Assembly: GCA_020348445.1 (NCBI GenBank)
Contig: CP070751.1
Location: 2,561,767-2,625,766 of the forward strand
Direction: 5' to 3'
Length of the DNA stretch: 64,000 bases
Source of the DNA: Thermoplasmata archaeon
Lineage (GTDB): Archaea; Thermoplasmatota; Thermoplasmata; GCA-020350865
Part shown: positions 25,512 through 36,265 of the stretch, one piece after another
Position numbering within the stretch: the first letter of the stretch is position 1
Layout of the letters: each line of letters opens with the position of its first letter
Notes under the pieces: generated by a model
Database searches by the model: none
What the model was told of the DNA's origin: nothing
Seen by the model: only the letters and a program-made list of their open reading frames with translations
Program-made: the position numbers and the translations under genes

Positions 25512-26771
25512 CTATTTGCCTCCATCCTCATCATGGATATGCATAACATCCAAAGTTTTTATATTACATTTTACATCCAGGTATTCCGCGATACTGGGTT
25601 TTGTTCGTCCCTCATCCCCGTGTACCAACTCCTTCACATAGATGCCGCTTTCACCTGTAATTGTGAATTTTGCCTTTTTATCATCAACAGTTTCAATATC
25701 AATATCTTTTACCATTCTCTTTCTTGTTTTGTCAGCTCTTCTGTGCAGAACTCTTTTTGGGGTTTTTTGCTCGATAGTCCTATCCTTGAATGCACGAACT
25801 ACCTCTTTAAGTTTTGCATGTTTTATGGGCTCTGCAAATTCAACCTCCACATCGTACGTTTTTAACACTTTTGCGTCTTTGATGGCTACAACTTCTTCCT
25901 TCGAGGACTTGCGTATATCTGATACCTCCACCATTCCTTCCGAATGTAAATTGATACGTTTTTCAAGCTTTTTAAGTTCAAGATGACGTTTTATTGGGAT
26001 TTTTATTTCAAGTATGAAAGGTCTTCCATTTCCCAGCATCCTTGCATCTATATCCTCCCTACCCATCCCGTGAAAACTGTGGTCAGCTCCCTTTGTATCG
26101 TCCATTACCACCTTGGCTATGATCTCCTCAATACTGGTATCGTACATCTTGCCCGTGTAGTTGCATTTTTCGCATCCTTTTCCCCAGCAGTCCTTGCAGT
26201 CCCACCGCGTCTGCGGTATTCCTCTTATCAATTTTTTGTACCTACCATAAAGGAATAAGGGTGTGATTTGCAGTTCCACAGAATCGAATCTCGTGTCAAT
26301 TACAGCCGTGATATCAGGATTTTCGAAATTGACTGTTTTTTTGACCTTGGCCTCAACGAGTTTACCCACCTCTCTATTGATTTCCGCCTTGATGGGTTCA
26401 TAGTGTTGGTTTCCCAGTTCCCCCCAGAGCCTCTCTTCCCTATCCATTATCTCGGCGTCTATCTTGGAGCCTATGAGGAATGTATCGTATTGATATGGAT
26501 CAAGTTTTTTTATAACAATCTCCGAAAATTTCGGAAGCTCGTTAAAAAGGCCACTGCAGAGCCAGCACTCAGAGGGTTCCCGAACCACCTTCTGCTTGGC
26601 TGATTCATCCGCAAGATGAGAAATCAGTGCATTTCGTAGATAAAAGCCTCTCTCCTTGTTGCTCATGCCATGGCCATGTTTTGCGAACTGGCGACCCAAA
26701 CAATGGTAGCATAATCCCTTGGAGGCTGCCTTTTCAGCCAGATCTAGGTCCACCAAATCCGATATTTCCAT
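25512..26771 (-). CDS. pus10: tRNA pseudouridine(54/55) synthase Pus10
   Basis: LC.HCLGRQF, C.LC, GRY.KL.RGIPQT.W.C..C.G.GC..C, FHG.GRED.DARMLG.GRPF, G.Y.KELV.GD.GRT.PS. ATG at 26771 with GGTGA ribosome-binding site. Confidence 0.94.
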   Translation of the reverse strand: MEISDLVDLDLAEKAASKGLCYHCLGRQFAKHGHGMSNKERGFYLRNALISHLADESAKQKVVREPSECWLCSGLFNELPKFSEIVIKKLDPYQYDTFLIGSKIDAEIMDREERLWGELGNQHYEPIKAEINREVGKLVEAKVKKTVNFENPDITAVIDTRFDSVELQITPLFLYGRYKKLIRGIPQTRWDCKDCWGKGCEKCNYTGKMYDTSIEEIIAKVVMDDTKGADHSFHGMGREDIDARMLGNGRPFILEIKIPIKRHLELKKLEKRINLHSEGMVEVSDIRKSSKEEVVAIKDAKVLKTYDVEVEFAEPIKHAKLKEVVRAFKDRTIEQKTPKRVLHRRADKTRKRMVKDIDIETVDDKKAKFTITGESGIYVKELVHGDEGRTKPSIAEYLDVKCNIKTLDVMHIHDEDGGK

Positions 26772-26961
26772 AGATTCACCTATATTTGTAAGTTGAAGGG
26801 AAAATGTTGCCAGTATAAGAGGTTTGCGGGAGTGTAATGGCTTTTCGGTTGGTAGATGACCATTAATAATCGGTTTTTGAGCAATTATTAAACTTAGTGA
26901 TTGTTGACAATTATAAGAAATCAAAACCAAGTTGTAAATTGAAATGCCCAACATACAAATC

Positions 26962-27105
26962 TTAGGGAAATCGTTTTCGATTTCGTAAAATCTCACCTAT
27001 GTATGCGATAGCACATTTCTCATCAAGATACCAGGCACAATCAAGGGGATTGCATTTTTCAGGCTTACCAGAGGAAAAGGTCATGGGGCACATCCTATTC
27101 TCCAA
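26962..27105 (-). CDS. Small 47-aa Cys4 protein (not in ORF track)
   Basis: MENRMCPMTFSSGKPEKCNPLDCAWYLDEKCAIAYIGEILRNRKRFP; TTG start at 27105 after GGTGA, with TTATATA about 30 nt further upstream. Confidence 0.65.
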   Translation of the reverse strand: MENRMCPMTFSSGKPEKCNPLDCAWYLDEKCAIAYIGEILRNRKRFP

Positions 27106-27291
27106 TTTATCACCTGCAACTAATACACCGAATATCGGTATATAAGAATTTATTTCAGAAATTATTCATTATTGATAATTTTGATGATGAAAAGATACCA
27201 GGTAAATTTGATGGAAAATATTAGATTAGCCTTAAATATTGATATAAGAGGTACGGTAATCAGCATAATCATCCAAAAGGTGTGTGTTATC

Positions 27292-28302
27292 ATGAACACT
27301 TTAATACAAAAATTGATAGATAAACTTGAGGAAGCTCCATCACGTGAATTCAAAATCGTTGTTATGCCCCACTTTTGCATAGATAACTTCATAGAATATG
27401 GAGGAAGTTATGAATCATTTATAGAGATGTTTGGGAAAATCGCGAAACAAGGGGGAGGGAACCTCACAATCTCCCAAACATTCCACATGGGAGGTAAGGC
27501 AGCAAACTGTGCTAGCGCCCTGGCGTCTTTGGGAATCCAAACGTATCTTGTCGCAAGGACAAACGAACTGGGCCTTAAATTAATGGAATATTTTACCAAA
27601 GAGAAGAATATGGATCTTACTCATGTAGGCGCTTTAGGGAAATTAGCTTACACTACAACAATTGAGCTTGAGGGTGCTAATGTCATGATAAGTGACCCAG
27701 GTTCCCTTTCCAAATTTGGCCCTGATTATCTCTCAGAAGAAGATATAAAATTGATTAGAGAAGCAGATATTGTCTATATCTCGGATTGGGGATTGAATGA
27801 AAAGGGTACAGAACTGGCACAGTATGTCTTCGGCTTTGCCAAGGAAAATAAGGGATGTAAAACCTTCTTTGATCCAGGAGACCCATCCCCTAAGAGGGAG
27901 AGGGAAAAGGAAGATATTGCCAGATTAAAACAAGATGTATTTGATAAAGGTCTCGTGGATATAATCAGTTTGAATCTGGATGAACTCAGAAGATACGGTG
28001 ATTTAGAATATCTTCGCAAGGTGGCAAGGGTGGATTTACATACATATAGATATGCAAGATGTTATTTTAAGGTTGAAGAAACTGAAAAAATACCCACTTT
28101 TAATGTAACACCAAAAAGACTCACCGGAGCTGGTGATGCGTGGAATGCCGGCGATATATATGGTAAGGTATTGGAGTCTACCCCTGAGGAGAGCCTCCTA
28201 CTTGCGAATGCAAATGCTGCATATTATATATCAAATTCTGAATCAAGACATCCCCAAAGACAGGATTTGATAGAATTCTTAAAGGATAAATTGACCATAT
28301 GA
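27292..28302 (+). CDS. PfkB/ribokinase-family carbohydrate kinase
   Basis: GGKAANCA.ALA.LG, FFDPG, IISLN.DE, LTGAGDAWNAG signature. Confidence 0.85.
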   Translation: MNTLIQKLIDKLEEAPSREFKIVVMPHFCIDNFIEYGGSYESFIEMFGKIAKQGGGNLTISQTFHMGGKAANCASALASLGIQTYLVARTNELGLKLMEYFTKEKNMDLTHVGALGKLAYTTTIELEGANVMISDPGSLSKFGPDYLSEEDIKLIREADIVYISDWGLNEKGTELAQYVFGFAKENKGCKTFFDPGDPSPKREREKEDIARLKQDVFDKGLVDIISLNLDELRRYGDLEYLRKVARVDLHTYRYARCYFKVEETEKIPTFNVTPKRLTGAGDAWNAGDIYGKVLESTPEESLLLANANAAYYISNSESRHPQRQDLIEFLKDKLTI

Positions 28303-28463
28303 ATTCTCTTCAATGGATCATCATGTTCAGGAGGAAGAAGGGGAATTTATGGACCATTATCTCGGTTTTCCGAAAGACATGTGATCTTCTAATTTAATCT
28401 TAGAAAATTTCATATAACAAATATGCGATAACATATCAAAAGCATATTGTGGGAGGTAAGTAA

Positions 28464-28823
28464 ATGAAAAAGCATTCAGTATGTCATATAGAATGGTCTT
28501 GCACAGATTTAGAGCGAACCAAAACGTTTTTATCGAGCCTATTTGGATGGAAATTTACTCCCTGGGGAGATGACTACCTGCTTTTCAACACCCCGGAGGG
28601 ACCCAATGGAGGCATCATGAAGGTGGATTCAGTTATTCCTGGGAAATCTCCGTATATCTATATCGAGGTGGATGAAATCGAGCCGTACCTTGAAAAGGCC
28701 AAAGAAATGGGCGGAGGTATAGATACACCAAAAAAGGAAATCCCCAAGGTAGGCTGGTTTGCCCATATCACTGATCCAGACGACAATATCATCGGTCTTT
28801 TTGAAAGCCCGAAAAAAGAATAA
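28464..28823 (+). CDS. VOC/glyoxalase-family protein
   Basis: HIEW...DLER...F...LFGW.F, NGGI, YIEVDEI...LEKA...GG, P..EIP.VGWFA...DPD.N..GL. Confidence 0.9.
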   Translation: MKKHSVCHIEWSCTDLERTKTFLSSLFGWKFTPWGDDYLLFNTPEGPNGGIMKVDSVIPGKSPYIYIEVDEIEPYLEKAKEMGGGIDTPKKEIPKVGWFAHITDPDDNIIGLFESPKKE

Positions 28824-28923
28824 GACCTGGGATCACTCTGATATTTGAGTAGAATTCGCAAAAGCCAAGTTCAATGCGAACAATAAAGAAAGATTTAATA
28901 AACAAAAAGGGTTTCTTAAAAAT

Positions 28924-29757
28924 ATGAGAATCAAGATTTTAGGGTCTGGACAGGATGCAGGCATACCGCATACTGGTTGTAATTGTGAGGTCTGCGATAA
29001 AGCAAGGGATCATAACGAGAATCGAAGATTGGGACCCTCGATAGCAATCCTAGATGACAATGGGGATTTTTGCTACCTAATCGATGCATCACCTGATTTT
29101 AAATATCAATTGGATATGATCAGAGGGGAGATAAACGAGAAAAAGAGAAATGGAAGATTGCCCATAAGCGGAATATTATTAACCCATGCCCATCTCGGTC
29201 ATTTCTCTGGACTATGGCAGCTTGGCAGAGAGGCTGTAAATGAAAATGAACTTCCCGTGTTTTGCACTCTTAAAATGAAACATGTTCTTTTGGATAATTA
29301 TCCGTTCAATCTCCTAATCCAAAATAAGAATATAGAAGTTGTGGAAATTCACCTCCAAAAAGAGTTCAAATTAAATGGATTGACGGGCATACCAATTAAG
29401 GTTCCTCATAGAGACGAGGTTGGCGATACAGTTGGATATATTTTCCAATCAAAGAAGAGAATTATCTATATACCAGACATTGACAGTTGGACAGATGAGG
29501 TATTAAATGAAATTAGAAATTCCGATATTGCTATAATCGATGGAACTTTTTATTCAAAGGGTGAAATACCTGAACATGATGAGGTTCCACATCCTTCTAT
29601 TCTCGAAACAATTACGTTATTGGGGGATATCAGAAATGAAATTTATTTCACCCATATCAACCATACAAACCCAATAAACATAAAGGGGCAGGAAAGAAAG
29701 GAACTCGAAAGAAAAGGTTATAAGATCGCATACGACGGTATGACAATAGAAATATAA
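28924..29757 (+). CDS. PqqB-like metallo-beta-lactamase-fold protein
   Basis: ILGSGQDAG.PH.GC.C..C, LIDASPD, LTHAHLGH, VPHRDE, YIPDID, IDGTF, THINHTN. Confidence 0.85.
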   Translation: MRIKILGSGQDAGIPHTGCNCEVCDKARDHNENRRLGPSIAILDDNGDFCYLIDASPDFKYQLDMIRGEINEKKRNGRLPISGILLTHAHLGHFSGLWQLGREAVNENELPVFCTLKMKHVLLDNYPFNLLIQNKNIEVVEIHLQKEFKLNGLTGIPIKVPHRDEVGDTVGYIFQSKKRIIYIPDIDSWTDEVLNEIRNSDIAIIDGTFYSKGEIPEHDEVPHPSILETITLLGDIRNEIYFTHINHTNPINIKGQERKELERKGYKIAYDGMTIEI

Positions 29758-29778
29758 AATTCCAAGTTTGGAATCTCA

Positions 29779-30513
29779 GTGAAGGTAATTGAGATGCAGG
29801 ACATAAAATCGAAAATAGAAAAGATCATACAGCGCAACACTAAAAATGAATACATTATAGATTTTTCATTTTTGGAAGGCTTAGTACCTAAGAAATTTAA
29901 AAAATTGAAATATGGTATCACAATCGGTATCAAATTGGATGATAGAATCGTAGATGATATCGCATCCGGCCCCACCTTGGAATATGCTGAACATTATCAC
30001 CAGCTAAATACTACGCTGAACAAGATCGCAGGTAATACAAAAAATATGTTAAAAAGACAAGGATATGAAGCCGAAGTTATCAAATCCACTCTTAGAACAA
30101 AGGAGGAGAAAAAATATCCTAACTACTTTAAGACATTAGCGGTCGAGTTCCCCCACAAAACAGCGGCAACAAGAAGCGGTCTTGGTTGGATAGGAAAGAG
30201 TGCACTTTTTATTTCGTACGAATTCGGCCCTCGAGTGAGACTTGTAACTGTGCTAACAAATAAATCCTTGGATTGTGGTCAACCAATTAAAACCGGTTTG
30301 TGCGGAACCTGCGACATCTGTATAAAAAAATGCCCTGCAAAAGCCTCAAATGGAAGAACCTGGACTGCGGGTATGAAAAGGGAGGATTTTTATGATGCGC
30401 ATAAATGCAGAGAAACAGCCAAAGAATTGTCAATGGTGCGTATGGGAATAGACGAGATCATGTGTGGAATCTGCATTGCCGCATGTCCTATTGGAAAGAG
30501 GGAGGGTGGGTAG
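29779..30513 (+). CDS. Epoxyqueuosine reductase (QueG)-like cobalamin/Fe-S protein
   Basis: PHKTAA..SGLGWIGKS.L, GPRVRL.TVLT, CGTCDICIKKCPAKA, C......CGICIAACP. Confidence 0.75.
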   Translation: MKVIEMQDIKSKIEKIIQRNTKNEYIIDFSFLEGLVPKKFKKLKYGITIGIKLDDRIVDDIASGPTLEYAEHYHQLNTTLNKIAGNTKNMLKRQGYEAEVIKSTLRTKEEKKYPNYFKTLAVEFPHKTAATRSGLGWIGKSALFISYEFGPRVRLVTVLTNKSLDCGQPIKTGLCGTCDICIKKCPAKASNGRTWTAGMKREDFYDAHKCRETAKELSMVRMGIDEIMCGICIAACPIGKREGG

Positions 30514-30515
30514 AA

Positions 30516-30974
30516 GTGGAAATTTCAAAGGGGGATCAAAAGGATATTGATTCCTGTCTTTCTATTGCCAAGGAACTTAAACAATACTTTACTGAAGAAG
30601 CGATTTTGAAAATGGGTGAAGACCTGAAATCCCATGTATTATATGTCGCTCTGGATTCAGTTGCGGTTGTGGGTTTCGTCACTATTTATAATAAAAACAA
30701 ACATGTAGCAGAGATATCATGGATTGGTGTTAAACTAGATTTTCAGCATCAGGGAATTGGTTCTGCATTGATTGATCATATTACCTTTGATCTAAAATCT
30801 CAAGGAATCAAACTTCTGGAGGTAAAGACACTTGCAGAGGATGGAAAATATAAACCCTATGAGATAACACGAAGGTTCTATGAGAAGATGGGATTTGTAC
30901 ATCTGGATACCATAGACCATTATCCTGGATGGGGGCCTGAAAATCCCTGCGCAATTTATATCAAGGTTTTGTAG
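30516..30974 (+). CDS. GNAT acetyltransferase
   Basis: AEISWIGV....Q.QGIGSALI, L.VKTL, TRRFYEKMGF; GTG start at 30516. Confidence 0.88.
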   Translation: MEISKGDQKDIDSCLSIAKELKQYFTEEAILKMGEDLKSHVLYVALDSVAVVGFVTIYNKNKHVAEISWIGVKLDFQHQGIGSALIDHITFDLKSQGIKLLEVKTLAEDGKYKPYEITRRFYEKMGFVHLDTIDHYPGWGPENPCAIYIKVL

Positions 30975-31093
30975 TGCAATCTTTCCTGAGAGAAGCATTT
31001 TTTGGGTCATTAATTCATTAAACCCATATCCACTAAATTCATATACCAGCACACCAATACCAGTAATTAGTGACGAAAGGGGAGAGGACCCCC

Positions 31094-31783
31094 ATGAAAC
31101 ATGATGCAGTCATCTTCGATCTATTTGGTACACTTGTGGACAACTTCTCTTTCCAAGAGCACCTGGATGTCCTTGAAGAAATGGCAAAGACTCTTTCTGT
31201 TCCATCGGAAGATTTTATGAGCCTATGGCTTTATACCTTCGATGAACGGGTTAAAGGTGTGTACAAGAATCCTGAGTCAAATATTGTATATATTTGCAAA
31301 GAACTCGGGATTAAGTTAGATAAACAAAGAATTTTAAAAGCCGGTAAGATAAGACGCAACTTCACACGCCGCACCTTAAAACCACGGCAAGATGCTGTGA
31401 AAACCATGGAGCAACTGAAGGTAAAAGGATACAAAATCGGATTGATAACAGATTGCTCCTCAGAGGTACCATCCTATTGGAAAGACCTGCCCTTTGCCAA
31501 ACTGGTGGATGTTCCAGTATTCTCATGCTTAACAGGATTAAAGAAGCCAGATCCACGAATATACAAGCTCGCCTGCAATCGTCTGGGTGTGAGCCCTGAA
31601 AAATGTTTTTATGTGGGCGATGGTAGCAGCTATGAACTGTCTGGAGCTTCCAAAGTTGGCATGAAACCAGTTCTGATTCATACGCCTTCCGAGGATGAAA
31701 ACGATTCCTATCAGGTAAATCCAGAAAGATGGTATGGGGATAAGGTTACAGGATTAAAAGAAATCCTGAGTCTTATCGAATGA
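31094..31783 (+). CDS. HAD-superfamily hydrolase
   Basis: IFDLFGTL, GLITD, KKPDPRIY, YVGDG..Y.L.GA..VGM. Confidence 0.9.
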   Translation: MKHDAVIFDLFGTLVDNFSFQEHLDVLEEMAKTLSVPSEDFMSLWLYTFDERVKGVYKNPESNIVYICKELGIKLDKQRILKAGKIRRNFTRRTLKPRQDAVKTMEQLKVKGYKIGLITDCSSEVPSYWKDLPFAKLVDVPVFSCLTGLKKPDPRIYKLACNRLGVSPEKCFYVGDGSSYELSGASKVGMKPVLIHTPSEDENDSYQVNPERWYGDKVTGLKEILSLIE

Positions 31784-31889
31784 CACTATTTTTCAGAGGC
31801 GTATCTTCCATATCTTTAGGTCATTTCCCTTCCAAAAACTTCGTATAGTAAAAAATACAATATATATTATCAGATAGGAGGATACGTCC

Positions 31890-32258
31890 ATGAAAGGCAG
31901 ATTATACTTGATTCATTGGCACCCCTTTGAAGCGCAGGAATACGCTATAAATCTACGTGCTGAAGGATGGCAGGTTGATGTTGAATCCAAGGACGGAGCC
32001 CAGGCAGGTAGAAAGATATTATCGGAAATACCAGATGCAGTTGTTATTTACCTGTCACGTTTACCTTCCCACGGATGTGTTACTGCTCGCAGCCTAAGGG
32101 CATATAAGGAAGGCCGAGACCTACCCATTGTTTTCGTGGATGGAAAGGAGGAAGCCATAGAAATGACCAAGATTAAGGTTCCTGATTGTGTATTCACCAC
32201 CTCAGATGAATTGGAAAATGTTTTATCGAGGGTCTCAAAGATCGGGAAAATAGAATGA
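31890..32258 (+). CDS. CheY-like pseudo-receiver domain protein
   Basis: Receiver-like pattern (L...GW.V......G......PDAVVIYLSRLPSHG....L......LPIVFV); Tyr stands at the usual phospho-Asp position. Confidence 0.55.
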   Translation: MKGRLYLIHWHPFEAQEYAINLRAEGWQVDVESKDGAQAGRKILSEIPDAVVIYLSRLPSHGCVTARSLRAYKEGRDLPIVFVDGKEEAIEMTKIKVPDCVFTTSDELENVLSRVSKIGKIE

Positions 32259-32383
32259 GCACTCATTCATGACTTCATGAAAATATGTATCACAAATTTT
32301 CTATAGCACTATGTCTTTTCTCATATACGCATTGTTATGCATTAGAAAATATATCATATAGGTGGTATTATTTGATAAGGAGA

Positions 32384-32803
32384 GTGAAAATACAAGATCA
32401 TTCTGAGATTATAACATTGCTAAAACAATTATGGCCAAATGCTCCACCGAATCCCGAAGAACTTGGTGGCTTGGTTGACCAGTACATCCAAAACGAGAAT
32501 TATGATATTTACTGTTATGAGGAAGATAAAATATTGGGAATCATTACCTTTAGCAAAAGACATGCTTTCTTCTATCAGGGGAAAGTGGCCATCATCGAGG
32601 ATCTTGTAATAGATGAACCACACAGGGGAAAGGGAATAGGAAAGGAGCTTGTGGAATACGTTGAGGAAGAACTTAAGAGGCAGGGGATACTGAACATTGA
32701 GTTATCATCTGATTTACAAAGAACCGGTGCCCATGAATTCTGGGAAAAGATGGGATATACAAAATCAGGTTATCATTTCAGAAAAATCTTCAACAACAGG
32801 TAA
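32384..32803 (+). CDS. GNAT acetyltransferase
   Basis: IEDLVIDE.HRGKGIGK.L, L.S...R..AH.FWEK.GY; GTG start at 32384 after AAGGAG. Confidence 0.88.
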   Translation: MKIQDHSEIITLLKQLWPNAPPNPEELGGLVDQYIQNENYDIYCYEEDKILGIITFSKRHAFFYQGKVAIIEDLVIDEPHRGKGIGKELVEYVEEELKRQGILNIELSSDLQRTGAHEFWEKMGYTKSGYHFRKIFNNR

Positions 32804-32812
32804 ACAGGGATT

Positions 32813-33856
32813 ATGATGATACACACAAAACATTCAAAGGCAAGTAAAGTAAGCAATTGGAAATCATTTTTAAAAAACGATCCTGTACAATGGTTGCTGG
32901 AACCCGATAATCCATCAGTCAGATATTTTACCCTACGGGATATTCAAGGAATATCAGATAAGAATAAAGATGTAATTACTGCTAAAAAAGAAATAATGAC
33001 AGAAGGACTGGTTCCCAAAATCCTGGCCAAGCAAAAGGCTGGAGGTTATTGGGGAAAACCTGAAGATTTCTACGAGAGATCGAAGTACAGGGGTACAGTA
33101 TGGAATTTCATAATACTAGCGGAGTTAGGTGCGGATGGGAATGACAAGCGTATAAAATTGACGAGTGAGTTCATTTTAAAATGGTCCCAGGACAAAAGAA
33201 GTGGGGGATTTGCCCATCAGGGGTCAAAGTATAATGGTGGACAACATAGCGGGGTTATTCCATGTCTTACCGGTAATTTGTTATGGAGCCTCATCCGGTT
33301 CGGCTACCTAAACGATCCCAGGATCAAAAAAGGTATCAGGTGGATCACCACCTATCAGAGGTTCGATGATAAGATAAAGGTGGCACCAACCGGGTGGCCC
33401 TATGACAGGTGGAAGAACTGCTGGGGAAGGCACTCATGCCATATGGGAGTTGTCAAGATAATGAAAGCACTTGCCGAGATTCCGAAAAGTAAAAGGACCA
33501 AAGCGGTAAATAGAACAATCGAGGAGGGGGCAGAGTATCTTTTAAAACACCATATCTACAAGCGTAGCCGCAACCTTAAAAAGGTCTCTAAGCCTCAATG
33601 GGTAAAATTCGGTTTTCCCTTGATGTACCAGTCTGATGCCATGGAAGTCATGGGAATATTGACAAGATTGGGTTTTCGGGATGATAGAATGCAGGAGGCC
33701 TTGGATCTTATACTTTCCAAACAGAATGAAGAGGGCAAATGGAATCTTGAGAATACCTTCAATGGACGCTATTTAGTGAATATCGAACACAAGGATAAAC
33801 CAAGCAAATGGGTCACCATGAATGCAATAAAGGTTTTGAAGCAGTATTACGGATAG
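32813..33856 (+). CDS. Terpene-cyclase/prenyltransferase-like (alpha/alpha) barrel protein, function unknown (paralog A)
   Basis: WLLE.DNPSVRY, QW-like motifs QKAGGYW and QNEEGKW, W..F.FP..Y..D.ME, SKWVT.NA..VL. Confidence 0.7.
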   Translation: MMIHTKHSKASKVSNWKSFLKNDPVQWLLEPDNPSVRYFTLRDIQGISDKNKDVITAKKEIMTEGLVPKILAKQKAGGYWGKPEDFYERSKYRGTVWNFIILAELGADGNDKRIKLTSEFILKWSQDKRSGGFAHQGSKYNGGQHSGVIPCLTGNLLWSLIRFGYLNDPRIKKGIRWITTYQRFDDKIKVAPTGWPYDRWKNCWGRHSCHMGVVKIMKALAEIPKSKRTKAVNRTIEEGAEYLLKHHIYKRSRNLKKVSKPQWVKFGFPLMYQSDAMEVMGILTRLGFRDDRMQEALDLILSKQNEEGKWNLENTFNGRYLVNIEHKDKPSKWVTMNAIKVLKQYYG

Positions 33857-33877
33857 AACTATACATTTGGCCGAGGA

Positions 33878-35062
33878 TTGGATAATTTGATAGAAATCAA
33901 TGAGGGGAAAATAAACAGTTTCTGTTTAAAAAAGCAACATCTTACTGACGACTCGAAAATCAATGACATAGTAAAAATCACAAAGGACATTGGCGGTTTA
34001 CATGCCACTTCATCTGCCACAACCTACCTATCACTTTTTGTTAGGACAAATAAATTTCAAAGAGATTACCTAAATAAAGAATTATATGTAAAGAGAAACC
34101 TGGGGAAGGTAAGATATGTGAGGGGAACTATTTACGTTCTTCCGAAAGATAAGATACCTTTTGCATATTCGGCCATACGAAGCTATATTTATCCTCTTTC
34201 CTGCAAATATGCAGAATATCATGGGATATCTGATGGGGATTACAGAAGAATATCTAAACAGATTTTAAAAGCCCTTGACAGAAAAGCCATGACCGCCAAG
34301 GAAATAAAAAAGGCCGCGGGAATAAAATCCAAGATCTCACAAATTCTAAATCTCATGTGTGATGATGGACAATTGATCCGCGCAAAACCAAAAGGAGAAT
34401 GGAAAAGCAATCTGCATACCTACTGCAGAATGGACCAATATTTTCCTGGCCTTGAACTTTTTACTCTGGATGAATCAGAAGCAAAGAAACAGGTGATACT
34501 ACAGTACATCAATTCCTTTGGACCTGTGACCTTAAATGATATAACGTGGTGGACAAAATTTCATAAGACGAAGATAAGGGCGATATTGCCAGATATTGAA
34601 GATGAGATAATCCAGGTAAAAGTTACGGAAAATAATGAACCTCATTATATCTTGACCACCCAAAAAAAAGCTCTCCAATCAACGAGAGTCAAAAAGAAAC
34701 CCATGGTAAATCTGCTCCCTACTCTCGATACATATATAATGGGCTATAAAGACAGGGAAAGATACATTGATTTGGAATATTATGATTATGTGTTCGACCG
34801 GTCTGGAAATGGAGTATCTTCTATTTTCATCGATGGAAAGATACATGGAGTGTGGGATTTTGCAGAAAAACCTGAACCCATTGTTAAACTATTCTACTTT
34901 AAGGATGTAAAAAAGGTACACGAAAAACAGATTCAATCAAAAGCAAAAAATATTGGAAAATTCATAGCGGGATGCGAAGTAGGAATTAGAAAATGTAAAC
35001 ACATGGCCCCATTATCAAAAAGGACTGCTGGGGGCTTTATGTCACCCCTTAAGGATTGTTGA
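33878..35062 (+). CDS. AlkZ/YcaQ-like (HTH_42) winged-helix DNA glycosylase-family protein
   Basis: GGLHAT....YLSL..R, RGT...LP, Y...FGP.T..D..WW, LLP..D.Y.MGY..R, I..DG...G.W. Confidence 0.8.
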   Translation: MDNLIEINEGKINSFCLKKQHLTDDSKINDIVKITKDIGGLHATSSATTYLSLFVRTNKFQRDYLNKELYVKRNLGKVRYVRGTIYVLPKDKIPFAYSAIRSYIYPLSCKYAEYHGISDGDYRRISKQILKALDRKAMTAKEIKKAAGIKSKISQILNLMCDDGQLIRAKPKGEWKSNLHTYCRMDQYFPGLELFTLDESEAKKQVILQYINSFGPVTLNDITWWTKFHKTKIRAILPDIEDEIIQVKVTENNEPHYILTTQKKALQSTRVKKKPMVNLLPTLDTYIMGYKDRERYIDLEYYDYVFDRSGNGVSSIFIDGKIHGVWDFAEKPEPIVKLFYFKDVKKVHEKQIQSKAKNIGKFIAGCEVGIRKCKHMAPLSKRTAGGFMSPLKDC

Positions 35063-35087
35063 GTTAACACATAGGAAAGGGATTTAT

Positions 35088-35561
35088 ATGGAAAAAGCCA
35101 TGTTTGGAGCAGGATGTTTCTGGGGAGTGGAAGCAGCATTTCGCAAGGTAAAAGGCGTGGTATCCGCAGCAGTGGGCTACATGGGGGGAACTTTGGAAAA
35201 TCCAACATACAAGGATGTGTGCACAGACAAAACCGGTCATGCCGAGGTTGTCCAAGTTGAGTTCGATCCTAAAGTGATTTCATATGAGGAGCTTTTGAAA
35301 GTGTTTTGGGATATACATGATCCTACCCAGTTAAACAGGCAGGGACCTGATTTCGGCACCCAATACAGGTCCGTTATCTTTTACCACAATGAGGAGCAGA
35401 ATAAATTGGCAATTGCTTCAAAGGAGCAACTTCAACAATCTGGAAAATATGAGGGGGAAATTGTAACAGAAATAACTCCTGCTACTGTATTTTACAGGGC
35501 CGAAGAGTACCATCAAAGATACCATGAAAAACATGGGATTGATAGTTGCGGTATTAGGTGA
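35088..35561 (+). CDS. msrA: Peptide-methionine (S)-S-oxide reductase
   Basis: [14 protein letters not shown]....PTY..VC...[28 protein letters not shown]. Confidence 0.96.
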   Translation: MEKAMFGAGCFWGVEAAFRKVKGVVSAAVGYMGGTLENPTYKDVCTDKTGHAEVVQVEFDPKVISYEELLKVFWDIHDPTQLNRQGPDFGTQYRSVIFYHNEEQNKLAIASKEQLQQSGKYEGEIVTEITPATVFYRAEEYHQRYHEKHGIDSCGIR

Positions 35562-36061
35562 GGTATGTGAATTCCGATTATATCTACGAAGAAAAGATAT
35601 TTGCCAAGGTAATCGGAGGTTTACTTGGTGGGATTTCGGTTATAATGCTGATCATATTACTCTATCAGATTACGGTGAGCCCACTTGGTGATGATCCAAC
35701 ACCTACAATCTTCTTCTTGATTATGTTCATTATCTTCATTATACTTACGCTCATGTTCTCCAGACTTATTATAAGAATATCATTTCAATCCATTACAGTT
35801 GGATTTGGCATTATAAAAAAAAGAATTCCCTTGGAAAATATCGAGAACTGCGAAATTGATAAAACATCTGCCATAAGATATGGAGGAGCGGGCATACGCA
35901 CAGCCAGGGTAAAGGGAGAATGGGTATTGGTCTACAATGTTGTTGGAGGGGCAAGATGTGTGCTAAAGTTAAAAGAGGGGAGATTTAAAAAGTTCGTGTT
36001 CTCCACAAAAAATCCCGAGGAAATTGTAAATATTGTCAAAGGACAACTTGCTTTGGGATGA
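35558..36061 (+). CDS. Two-TM membrane protein with a PH-like C-terminal region, function unknown
   Basis: Two hydrophobic segments followed by I.L..I..C, YGG.GIR, FST.NPE; GTGA overlap with msrA. Confidence 0.7.
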   Translation: MRYVNSDYIYEEKIFAKVIGGLLGGISVIMLIILLYQITVSPLGDDPTPTIFFLIMFIIFIILTLMFSRLIIRISFQSITVGFGIIKKRIPLENIENCEIDKTSAIRYGGAGIRTARVKGEWVLVYNVVGGARCVLKLKEGRFKKFVFSTKNPEEIVNIVKGQLALG

Positions 36062-36265
36062 ATCCTAAATAGGAGATGAAAAATAGTTAAACCGTCAGTT
36101 TTCGACACATAATTGATGGGTAATATCGGCTTTTCGAAATATCTTTATTTATTCATCAAAAGTCCCTTTCCAATTCGATGACTAAAATTACAAGGGCATT
36201 TTTAAAAATTTAATATATTTACTTTATAAATGAACTAATAAATTTTAATTAGTTTTATTGTTCTC

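Noticed and set aside
26772-26996. 75-aa N-terminal extension of Pus10
   Set aside because: No Pus10 features; ATG 26771 has a GGTGA site, and the far end overlaps the small Cys4 ORF.
29779-30513. Reductive dehalogenase
   Set aside because: Only 244 aa, with no Tat signal or RdhB anchor gene; fits QueG-like proteins better.
32813-33856. Squalene-hopene cyclase or nitrogenase NifH call
   Set aside because: About half the size of a cyclase with no DxDD motif; no P-loop or NifH cysteines.
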